20,000 nucleotides of DNA from an uncultured virus (IMG/VR IMGVR_UViG_3300031766_000002) (taxonomy: Duplodnaviria > Heunggongvirae > Uroviricota > Caudoviricetes). Below, piece by piece: positions 1 to 7,485 of this stretch. The notes beneath the pieces are model-generated. The model was given only the letters and a program-made list of their open reading frames with translations, made no database searches and had not been told where the DNA came from. Location: the IMG/VR virus record IMGVR_UViG_3300031766_000002. One strand, given 5' to 3'. Numbering within the stretch: the first letter of the stretch is position 1; each line of letters begins with the position of its first letter. A program made the position numbers and the translations under genes.

Positions 1-318
1 ATACTCCTTCTTTTCATCTCTCTGCAATTGCGACAAGAAATTCTGCCTAGAGTTAGAATGAAAAAATTTATTATATTTGTAATGCTGATTGCCATCAACC
101 TCTATTGCAAGTTTTTTGTTTGCATTATAAAAGTCTATAGTCATTCTAGTCCCAAGAACAGGAAGCTCTTCAAAAACTATATCAGAGATCCAGTGTGAGT
201 ATAAAAGGTCTTTTACTCTTTTTTGGATTTTACTACGACATTTCTTGTCCCAGTTAATTAAATATTTGGAAGAGTTTTTTAGCTTCTGTTCACGACCAGT
301 TGTCGTCAAAAAAATCAT
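1..318 (-). CDS. Vsr/DUF559-like PD-(D/E)XK endonuclease (3' end runs off the window)
   Basis: Not in the ORF track; translated by hand. The ATG at 318-316 overlaps the recA stop (ATGA) and the frame stays open to position 1: MIFLTTTGREQKLKNSSKYLINWDKKCRSKIQKRVKDLLYSHWISDIVFEELPVLGTRMTIDFYNANKKLAIEVDGNQHYKYNKFFH...QRDEKKEY. The D-F...AIEVDGxQH...RDxxK pattern is typical of DUF559/Vsr-like nucleases. Confidence 0.8.
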   Translation of the reverse strand, partial: MIFLTTTGREQKLKNSSKYLINWDKKCRSKIQKRVKDLLYSHWISDIVFEELPVLGTRMTIDFYNANKKLAIEVDGNQHYKYNKFFHSNSRQNFLSQLQRDEKKEY

Positions 319-1442
319 ACAAAAATATTCTCAGCAATGAACAAGTGCATCCCTTTGGTGATTTCTTCATTGTTCTCCAAAAGGTCATAGAGAGATTTCA
401 TTCCTTGATACTTCTCTTGAACTTCGATCCCCCTATCACCAAGATACTTGATAAGCTCGTCATCAATCTTGAACCAAGAACCAGACTTTTCAATGAAGTT
501 CCACATTAGAAGCATTTCGATAATCTCACGCTCAATCCAAATAGATTTTCCGTCTAATCGACCATGCTTAATTGGATATCGGATACGCATTCCAGTACTT
601 TCGTTCGTGGACTTTTGAATATGAACTTTAGCGTAATGACCTATAATAGAATTCTCTGGACTTGGCCTTGCTTTTTGATCTTGTAAAATTAGATCAGATT
701 GATTTCTTTTTTCAAAGTTTATGATCCAATCTGGATAGTGAAGAGCTGCATTGCCACCGCTAGAATTAGTTTGGTTGTTTGGATCACTAGCAGCATACTG
801 ACTCGTTTTGATAGTTGACCGAACCTGAGAGATCATAATGCACATATGACCAAACTTACCCATACCAAGACTAACTCGCTTCAAAAAATCAGAAGTTAGA
901 GCAGCACCTGCTGCAACTTTTGCTGCATCACTAGTGGTCTTCTCTAAATCAGATTTAGGGAGCAAGCCATCCATACTGTCGATGACAATGCAAAATCTTT
1001 CTTTGTCTGGATTATTCCTTAGTAATTCTCTAAGGCCATCGAAAACTGTATCATAAATGTTACACTCCCAGACAAGACAAGTTCCTAACTCCCAATCGTC
1101 TGGATCACTTACAAATTTTAAACCAGAACGTTTCTGGATATCTTCTGATAAACGACCTTCTGCTTTAATATAGAGACCCTTTGTGTCTTCTACAGTCTCT
1201 AGCATGTTCTTCATAACATGAAGGGCTTCGTTCGTTTTACCTCCCTCGTTGCAGCCAATAAAACGCTGTAGTCCAGCACCAAGCCCACCACCGACAAACT
1301 GGTCTAGAATTAGAGAGCCAGTTGAAACTAAATAAGGCTTTGCTGTTTCTTCAAAGTTATAATGAAAATCTTTATTGCTCTTAAAAAACTTCGACATAAA
1401 TTCCGAAGTACCAACTTTTTCTTTTACACTTTTCTTACTCAT
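315..1442 (-). CDS. uvsX: RecA/UvsX-like recombinase
   Basis: STGSLILD..GGG N-terminal motif, Walker A GCNEGGKT, AEG catalytic Glu, Walker B IVIDS, ISQVR, SSGGNAALHY and C-terminal IEKSGSWF. Divergent phage-type RecA. Confidence 0.92.
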   Translation of the reverse strand: MSKKSVKEKVGTSEFMSKFFKSNKDFHYNFEETAKPYLVSTGSLILDQFVGGGLGAGLQRFIGCNEGGKTNEALHVMKNMLETVEDTKGLYIKAEGRLSEDIQKRSGLKFVSDPDDWELGTCLVWECNIYDTVFDGLRELLRNNPDKERFCIVIDSMDGLLPKSDLEKTTSDAAKVAAGAALTSDFLKRVSLGMGKFGHMCIMISQVRSTIKTSQYAASDPNNQTNSSGGNAALHYPDWIINFEKRNQSDLILQDQKARPSPENSIIGHYAKVHIQKSTNESTGMRIRYPIKHGRLDGKSIWIEREIIEMLLMWNFIEKSGSWFKIDDELIKYLGDRGIEVQEKYQGMKSLYDLLENNEEITKGMHLFIAENIFV

Positions 1443-1881
1443 CTAAAAAATCTCTCAGGGTTTTTCTTTTTTCGATCAACATATCCTCTCCTGATTTGAT
1501 CTTTTGGTCAACCATTTTTTCGGAGTTTTTTGGCTTATAGTGAAATTCCTTGTGCTTTTTGTCTAAATAGTCTAAACCCTCCTTAGATAAGAAGTACTTT
1601 ATTGAACGATCAAACTTAAAGGGAGCTTTGACCTTTAGCAAAAAGTCAACGTCATTTTTGAACCGCTTGAACAGCTTTGTAGCTGCGATCATATCCAATT
1701 TGTAGTTAATAGAAGGCTGGTCATTCAGCATCTTCCTTATAAACTGTTGCCTCTCTTTAAAATAAGTAGGGCTTTTGGGTGTTTTTTTTTGATTTTTAAA
1801 AGCGAATCCACATTCACAGACTAGAGAACGAGAAGAACATAAGGCAGAACATTTGGGACACTCTTTTTTACCTCTTGGCAT
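1435..1881 (-). CDS. Hypothetical basic protein with N-terminal zinc ribbon
   Basis: N-terminus MPRGKKECPKC...VCECGFAF has a CxxC..CxC knuckle. Lys-rich; overlaps the recA start by 8 nt. Confidence 0.7.
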   Translation of the reverse strand: MPRGKKECPKCSALCSSRSLVCECGFAFKNQKKTPKSPTYFKERQQFIRKMLNDQPSINYKLDMIAATKLFKRFKNDVDFLLKVKAPFKFDRSIKYFLSKEGLDYLDKKHKEFHYKPKNSEKMVDQKIKSGEDMLIEKRKTLRDFLDE

Positions 1882-1890
1882 AAGAGCATC

Positions 1891-2919
1891 CTAATATGAC
1901 TCAATATCGTTTGCAACCATTTTTCTAACCAAACCCAAAAAATCTGTTTTCGGAGACCATCCCAGTTCCTTCCTAGCCGAATCAGAAGAACCTAAAAGTA
2001 AATCTACTTCAGCAGGACGATAAAAAGCTGGGTTAATCTGTACTAATACCTTATCTTCGTGGTAATACTTCTCGTTAACACTATAACCCTCCCACCGACA
2101 CTGTTCTTTAGCAAATCCTGCAAAGTTGAAAGCCTCCTCAACAAATTCTCTAATGGAGTGCGTTTCGTCTGAAGATAAGACATATTCTTTTGGCTCTTTT
2201 TGATTAAGCATCAGCCAAACACCATGCACAAAGTCTTCTGCATCACTCCAATCTCGCTTTGCGTCCACGTTCCCTAACTCAAGAGGTTTGAAATCACCGC
2301 TAGGGTATTCTTTTTGAATACGAGCTACATTTTTGGTAATCTTGCGCGTCACAAACTCTTCACCTCGACGAGTGCCTTCATGATTGAAAAGCCAGCCTTG
2401 AATAGCGAAAAGCCTATAAGACTCCCTCCAAACCTTTACTAAGTGCCTAGCACTAGCCTTAGAAACACCATATGGACTCCTTGGGCGCAATGGATGAAGT
2501 TCTGACTGAGGAGCATGCAAAACGTCTCCAAACTCCTCTGAAGACCCAGCATTATAGTAACGACATTTGGGACAGTATTTACGGATTGCTTCAAGCTGAT
2601 ACAGAACAGCCATAGCGTTTGTCTCCATATGATTGACTGGCATTTTCCAGCTAACACCTACAAAAGAATTAGCAGCAAAATTGATAAAGTAATCTGGCTT
2701 CTCTTCCGCGATAACCATCTCCGTGTTAGCTTGATCGGCAACGTCTAAGTCAATAAGTTTGAAGCGTGGATTATCTACCAGATGAGCAATATTACTATGA
2801 TTTTTGACACTTAAACGCCGAACTCCAGCGATAATAGTGTGTTCAGTATTCTTCAAAAGGTAGTCTGCCATGAAGCTACCATCTTGACCTGTTACTCCTG
2901 TAATTATTACTTTCTTCAT
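1891..2919 (-). CDS. gmd: GDP-mannose 4,6-dehydratase
   Basis: GVTGQDG NADP-binding motif, AGSSEEFG, PRSPYGVSK (YxxxK), LFNHEG, GEEFVTRKI, LGNVDAKRDW and YRPAEVDLL are all GMD signatures. Confidence 0.96.
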   Translation of the reverse strand: MKKVIITGVTGQDGSFMADYLLKNTEHTIIAGVRRLSVKNHSNIAHLVDNPRFKLIDLDVADQANTEMVIAEEKPDYFINFAANSFVGVSWKMPVNHMETNAMAVLYQLEAIRKYCPKCRYYNAGSSEEFGDVLHAPQSELHPLRPRSPYGVSKASARHLVKVWRESYRLFAIQGWLFNHEGTRRGEEFVTRKITKNVARIQKEYPSGDFKPLELGNVDAKRDWSDAEDFVHGVWLMLNQKEPKEYVLSSDETHSIREFVEEAFNFAGFAKEQCRWEGYSVNEKYYHEDKVLVQINPAFYRPAEVDLLLGSSDSARKELGWSPKTDFLGLVRKMVANDIESY

Positions 2920-2922
2920 TTT

Positions 2923-3591
2923 TTAATTCCAATTAACGGTTTTTTGAGGGGCGAGAATATACCCAGTATGATCTCCTTCAGATGGATTCCAATCAACATC
3001 TAATTTTAAAAGACCATGTTTTTCTGAAAAAATTTCATAATTTAAATCTTTTAAATTGTTGAAATCAAAACCACCGTCTTCTGGCCAGACCCAATGAGGA
3101 CAATCTTCATAGTTTTGATTATCCATATGCCTAGCTTGAGCGTGAATTTCAACATATACGATTGGCTTTGCTAGTCTAAATATATTGACGAGCGAATTTA
3201 AAACTAAAGACTCCATGCCTTCAATATCAATCTTCATGAAAGTTGGAGCCTCCAAATTATTTTTGCTTATAAAGTGGTTAATATCAACATAGGTGATATC
3301 TTGTTCTGCATCATGTTCTTCTGTCCTACAGTCTCTAAATTTAGTCCTGCAAGAGTAGGATTTATCAAGTAATGCAACATTGAAATATTCCACATTAGAA
3401 TATTTAGATGTGTTTAACTTTAAATCTTCAAAATTTTTAAAACATGGTTCAAATGCATATATTTTTTTAGGGTTTTTACTTTGGTTAAAGAACTCTATAG
3501 TTTCCCCAATATGCGCTCCAATGTCATAAACAACAGAGGATTCATTAATAAAGTTTAAATATGCAGCTTTTTCTATTTGTCTAAAGGTCAT
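2923..3591 (-). CDS. FkbM-family SAM-dependent methyltransferase
   Basis: VYDIGAHIG, IYAFEP, NVAL, FMKIDIEGME and PIVYVEIH motifs. Confidence 0.88.
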   Translation of the reverse strand: MTFRQIEKAAYLNFINESSVVYDIGAHIGETIEFFNQSKNPKKIYAFEPCFKNFEDLKLNTSKYSNVEYFNVALLDKSYSCRTKFRDCRTEEHDAEQDITYVDINHFISKNNLEAPTFMKIDIEGMESLVLNSLVNIFRLAKPIVYVEIHAQARHMDNQNYEDCPHWVWPEDGGFDFNNLKDLNYEIFSEKHGLLKLDVDWNPSEGDHTGYILAPQKTVNWN

Positions 3592-3613
3592 TTCTCCGAT
3601 TGTTTAATAAATT

Positions 3614-3955
3614 TTATGTTTTAAATTCTGTTGATTGGCTTTCTGGGAAAAATTTATTTCTAAATTTTTGCTTGGCATTATATCTATCCATATTGCAATC
3701 ATCAACTTCTTTGGCTGTTATTTTGCCATAACGAGCTTCATCTACAGCTTTAAAAGTTTTTTGATTAACTTTAACCATATCCTCATATTCTTTGGATGAA
3801 ATTAAATTATCCCAAAAATCTTTGGAGAACTGACTTGATAAGTATTCAAAACATTCAAGCCAAATCTGCGTTTGATCTGGATTATTATTTTTCTTAACTT
3901 CAAGAATTGCCAAATAATCAAAAGCATATCCTTCATCAACTTTTAAAGTAATCAT
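3614..3955 (-). CDS. Hypothetical helical protein, DUF6165-like, of the kind found beside phage glycosyltransferases
   Basis: N-terminus ITLKVDEGYAFDYLAILEVKK resembles the 'vsxGelxDkxsILeIK' pattern, followed by N...N..R..AK. ATGA-coupled to the upstream GT9. Confidence 0.55.
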   Translation of the reverse strand: MITLKVDEGYAFDYLAILEVKKNNNPDQTQIWLECFEYLSSQFSKDFWDNLISSKEYEDMVKVNQKTFKAVDEARYGKITAKEVDDCNMDRYNAKQKFRNKFFPESQSTEFKT

Positions 3956-4776
3956 TTTGTTAGTAAATTAATATAGTTAAAAATAGTTTCTAAGCTTATA
4001 TTACCGACATAATCAGACTCTAAGTATAGAGCATTTGGATTAATCGGAGTTCTATTGTAAAGTGGTGCGTGAATTGGATAAGATTTACTGGAATAAAGAC
4101 CAAGAACATTTTGCTTATACCCAGACATGATCCAATTCATTCCAGTATCAGTCGTTAGAACCATTTTGCATGAAGCTGCTATAATAACATCTTCAATAAC
4201 ACTTCCTCCTATTGGTTCATATGTGGTATTTAATTTTTCGTGATTTTTTAATCCAAGTTGAATTGTTTCATAACCAAGACTATGGATATAGTCTATTATC
4301 TTATTACAAAAATCTTTTGGTATATCTCTAATGCCAGTCGCGCTAGAAAAAGCTGTAATTGCTATGCAATTTTTGTATTTTTTATCTAAATCAAACCAAC
4401 GCTCCAAATCTATTTTTAGGTCTTCGATTTTTCCTAATCCATGATTATTTGCGAATGCTTGGATGTGATGAGTTTTCGTATACCATTGTTGATCTATGTG
4501 ACAAGACATGGGATTAAAAATATAATCATATTCGCTAGAATAATCATCCAAAAATTTCTTATCAATTTTTGTGGGCCAATCATCATAGCCATCCCATATT
4601 TTTATGTCATCAATGTATTTATTTTCTTTAAATATATCTTTGCAAGATTCGTATTTTTTATTAATTCCAAATGTAATATGGCTATCTGGAAAGATGTTTT
4701 TAAATCTTTTACACAGAACCACCTGCATAGCCAAATCTCCTATTTGGCCTTGATTGAATCCTAAAGCCTTTATCAT
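3952..4776 (-). CDS. GT9 (heptosyltransferase-like) glycosyltransferase
   Basis: GQIGDLAM N-domain motif, FPDSHITF, ETIQLG and TTDTGMNWI (DS/TG motif). Confidence 0.8.
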   Translation of the reverse strand: MIKALGFNQGQIGDLAMQVVLCKRFKNIFPDSHITFGINKKYESCKDIFKENKYIDDIKIWDGYDDWPTKIDKKFLDDYSSEYDYIFNPMSCHIDQQWYTKTHHIQAFANNHGLGKIEDLKIDLERWFDLDKKYKNCIAITAFSSATGIRDIPKDFCNKIIDYIHSLGYETIQLGLKNHEKLNTTYEPIGGSVIEDVIIAASCKMVLTTDTGMNWIMSGYKQNVLGLYSSKSYPIHAPLYNRTPINPNALYLESDYVGNISLETIFNYINLLTK

Positions 4777-5366
4777 TGGAAATTTTTTAAAATATCTGAA
4801 TGCTCAATGTCTGATAGGTAAGTTAGATTAATATCAGGAAAATATTTTTCGTTTATATACCAATCTTCAACAGCTCCATGTGGGCTTAAATTAACATTGT
4901 TGACCAATCTTTTGTATCCAAGCTCGCTAAATATTTCGAATCCTAGATCTTTTAATTCTGGTCCATTTGCATATAAATCATGTTCGAATGTAATAAATTT
5001 AAATTGAAAATTTTTAAATGGAAATTTTTTAATTACATGATTGCTTGCTTCATCAATATCAAAAGAAAAATAATCTATCAAATCTGGGCAGTTATGTTTC
5101 TTTAACAAAAGCTCAATATCACAGATAGTCAAATCAGTACATTCAGAGCTAGTGGATCTATATTTTTTAAAAATTGAAATTAAATAAGGGTCGATATCAA
5201 TTGACAAACCATTCCATCCAATTTGCTCAAGCAAAAGGGTATTGTTTCCACATGGATTATTTGTAGAAACGCCATCCCCAGATCCGAAATCTAAGAAAAA
5301 ACCTTTTTTATTTTTAAATAAATGAGCCACAATTTTATCTTGTGACATTTGAGAGTAAGAATTCAT
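4773..5366 (-). CDS. FkbM/Methyltransf_21-like methyltransferase
   Basis: YSQMSQD, FFLDFGSGDG, NNTLLLE..GWNGLSID, IDYFSFDID, FITFEHD and EDWY motifs. Confidence 0.8.
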   Translation of the reverse strand: MNSYSQMSQDKIVAHLFKNKKGFFLDFGSGDGVSTNNPCGNNTLLLEQIGWNGLSIDIDPYLISIFKKYRSTSSECTDLTICDIELLLKKHNCPDLIDYFSFDIDEASNHVIKKFPFKNFQFKFITFEHDLYANGPELKDLGFEIFSELGYKRLVNNVNLSPHGAVEDWYINEKYFPDINLTYLSDIEHSDILKNFQ

Positions 5367-6184
5367 AGTTTAAAAGTCTTTTGTGTTGAATTATTGTAAG
5401 GAAATATCGAAGAAATTCTATTTTCTAAAATATTTTTTAAGCCAACCACAAAGTATTGAGGATCAGAGTAAAGAGGCAAACCCCTCTCTTGGAATGGCAA
5501 CCACCTTGCTTTAATCATCGGATTAGTTGCTCCCACTTGTGAATAGTAGTCAGCAGTTTCTATTGTAGGGACTCCATTTGCATAAGCCATATATTTAAAG
5601 CCAGAATCAATAGTTACAAAAGCTTTAGCTTCCATTACGGTAATACATGCCTCATCAATACTAGAGCAAACTATTTTAACTTTATCCAAAACATCAGAGT
5701 AACGCTCTTTTTCTTTTTCTGTACAAATCGCGACTAGCTTATTGCCAGTATCATAAAGAGAGTTGACCAGTTTAGTAATATAATCCTTCTTAAGGTTTTT
5801 TGGCTCCCATAAATTATGAGTCAAATGAAGACAAACGTAATCGCCCTTTTCAACCTTAATCTCTGGCCTTGGAAAATAATAAAACCTACTCAACCAATCA
5901 AAGTCATAAGTAGTCCACTTCATTTTATCTATGTGAAGATCATAGAAGTAATCAAAGTCCTGCTCTTCTATCTCGCTCCAGAAACAATACCTATCAGACA
6001 CACTTGAATAAAAATCTTCTAATACAGAAAGCTGGTAAGTCTCTCCTCTATCATTATCAAAAGCAAAAGTGATATGACAATCAGGGTGATGTTCTCTGAT
6101 GGCAGGGATAAATCTATTAGACAAAAGACAATCTCCTAATCCACCTTCAGCTCTGACTAAGACTAGTGGTTTAGATTGTGTCAT
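5363..6184 (-). CDS. GT9-like glycosyltransferase (273 aa; start re-called to ATG 6184, MTQSKPLV)
   Basis: GGLGDCLL, AIREHHPDCHITF, YVCLH and FVTIDSGFKYMAYANGVPTI motifs. The ORF-track start at 6256 would overlap the GT2 gene by 86 nt, versus 14 nt for ATG 6184. Confidence 0.8.
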   Translation of the reverse strand: MTQSKPLVLVRAEGGLGDCLLSNRFIPAIREHHPDCHITFAFDNDRGETYQLSVLEDFYSSVSDRYCFWSEIEEQDFDYFYDLHIDKMKWTTYDFDWLSRFYYFPRPEIKVEKGDYVCLHLTHNLWEPKNLKKDYITKLVNSLYDTGNKLVAICTEKEKERYSDVLDKVKIVCSSIDEACITVMEAKAFVTIDSGFKYMAYANGVPTIETADYYSQVGATNPMIKARWLPFQERGLPLYSDPQYFVVGLKNILENRISSIFPYNNSTQKTFKL

Positions 6185-6782
6185 AGAGGTCGTTTTGTTT
6201 TTCTTGTTTTTGAATATCCTTAACATGAAGAATGCAAAAATGCTCAATAGGTTCACTAGATAATTTAGCTTGATTCTTCGCTCCCGCTAAAACCTCATGA
6301 ACTTTATTTTGCCACTTAACATGGCCTTTAGTGGAAACGAAACGAGACTGAAAATCAGGGAATCCTTCCCAGCCCATTTCGTTTATTGTCCAGTTATATT
6401 TTTTGATGTGTTCTTCTGTCGCCCCGCGAACGACATTAATCCTTGGAATCCAAAGAAGATCAATATCTCCTTTTTGCACTACTGCCCTTAATGCATTTAA
6501 TAAAGACGGTGGTATTTGTTCATCAGCGTCAATCTGCATCAAATAATCTTTTGTAGATAACTCAAATAATGTATTCTTAAACTCAGAAAAATCTTTTTTA
6601 AAATCAAAGTAGTTTACTGTCAACCCGCAAAGTTCACAGAACTCTTCAATCTCTTTCGTTACTTTGTTCTTATCTGCCAATATGACAATCTCTTCGTCTG
6701 GTAAAACATATGGCTCAAGTGAATTAATTAATCTTTTAAATTCAAAGAACTCGTCTGCTACCGTTATTCCGTAAGTGATCAT
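6171..6782 (-). CDS. GT2-family glycosyltransferase (WaaE/KdtX beta-1,4-glucosyltransferase-like)
   Basis: DEEIVIL, DFSEFKN, DYLMQIDADE (DxD), PRIN, PDFQSR, W.NKVHE and ILH motifs. A Shine-Dalgarno (AAGGAG) lies 6 nt upstream. Confidence 0.85.
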   Translation of the reverse strand: MITYGITVADEFFEFKRLINSLEPYVLPDEEIVILADKNKVTKEIEEFCELCGLTVNYFDFKKDFSEFKNTLFELSTKDYLMQIDADEQIPPSLLNALRAVVQKGDIDLLWIPRINVVRGATEEHIKKYNWTINEMGWEGFPDFQSRFVSTKGHVKWQNKVHEVLAGAKNQAKLSSEPIEHFCILHVKDIQKQEKQNDLYDTI

Positions 6783-6819
6783 AAAAAACTCCTTCTAGGT
6801 AAGCACAACCTAGAAGGAG
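6783..6819 (-). terminator. Rho-independent terminator downstream of hsp20
   Basis: Perfect 12-bp stem CTCCTTCTAGGT / ACCTAGAAGGAG (6789-6800 and 6808-6819) with a 7-nt loop, followed on the minus strand by TTTTTT (6788-6783). Confidence 0.85.
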
Positions 6820-6841
6820 CGATATAAGTCACCTCAAAGTT

Positions 6842-7267
6842 TTACTTAACTTCAATCATTATATCTTTTTTCTCCTCTTTCTCTAGAGGTATTTTGACTC
6901 TCAGTAGGCCATTTTTGTATTCTGCCTGAATGGAGTCTTTATCAACGTTCTGGTGCAAGGTAAAGTGCTTCTTGACAGATCGTCGAGATATTTTTCTATG
7001 GTAGAATTCAGCATCATCATCTTTTTGATGAGACGCTGCCTCAATCTTTAAGGTTTGGCCAGATACATATACAGAAATATCTCCCTGATCTAATCCGACC
7101 AATGCAAACTCAAGAATGAAATTATCATCCTTGTCTTTATAAGCATCAAAAGGCTCTGAGCCTGAATACAATGGAGAGTTAGCTTGATTAGCTAACGATT
7201 GCATACGCTTAAAGATATCTCCCTCAAAAACCAAGGGAGCCAACATTTTGTTTATCATCATTGTCAT
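6842..7267 (-). CDS. hsp20: Small heat-shock protein Hsp20 (IbpA-like, alpha-crystallin domain; 141 aa)
   Basis: PFDAYK...FILEFALVG, YHRKISRRSVKKHFTL and AEYKNGLLRVKIP motifs. Start re-called from TTG 7330 to ATG 7267, which follows an A-rich leader. Confidence 0.9.
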   Translation of the reverse strand: MTMMINKMLAPLVFEGDIFKRMQSLANQANSPLYSGSEPFDAYKDKDDNFILEFALVGLDQGDISVYVSGQTLKIEAASHQKDDDAEFYHRKISRRSVKKHFTLHQNVDKDSIQAEYKNGLLRVKIPLEKEEKKDIMIEVK

Positions 7268-7329
7268 ACTACTATTTTTAGTTAGTTTTGTTTTTCTAGC
7301 CCCATTTGGGTGCTGGAAATTCTCAGACA

Positions 7330-7343
7330 ATAGAGATACACTA
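7330..7343 (-). promoter_or_regulatory. Putative phage promoter, GTGTA-W-N4-AT motif (hsp20)
   Basis: TAGTGTATCTCTAT on the minus strand; the same motif lies upstream of three other minus-strand genes. Confidence 0.55.
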
Positions 7344-7345
7344 AA

Positions 7346-7447
7346 TCAATCCTCGTCGAATTGTGCTTCGTCGATACGATCTAGTATAAATGCTATTGTT
7401 TCGTCGAGTTCTACCTCGTCTGTAAAATTAATTTCTGGTTCGGTCAT
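7346..7447 (-). CDS. Acidic mini-protein, 33 aa
   Basis: Hand translation MTEPEINFTDEVELDETIAFILDRIDEAQFDED*. Fills the nrdA-hsp20 gap in the same orientation, with a GTGTA motif 12 nt upstream of its ATG. Confidence 0.6.
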   Translation of the reverse strand: MTEPEINFTDEVELDETIAFILDRIDEAQFDED

Positions 7448-7452
7448 AGTGC

Positions 7453-7466
7453 ATGTATATACACAA
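7453..7466 (-). promoter_or_regulatory. Putative phage promoter, GTGTA-W-N4-AT motif (mini-ORF)
   Basis: TTGTGTATATACAT; GTGTA ends 12 nt before the ATG at 7447. Confidence 0.55.
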
Positions 7467-7485
7467 TCCAGAACCTTGGGGAAAT

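Noticed and set aside
1782..1790. A9 homopolymer in the zinc-ribbon gene as a phase-variation or frameshift site
   Set aside because: The frame is intact, A-runs are common in this AT-rich, Lys-rich sequence, and no alternative-frame product is evident.
7293..7319. Possible CIRCE (HrcA) operator upstream of hsp20
   Set aside because: The arms (CCAGCACCC / GGGGCTAG) only loosely resemble TTAGCACTC / GAGTGCTAA and the spacer is 4 nt rather than 9. Kept only as a generic hairpin.
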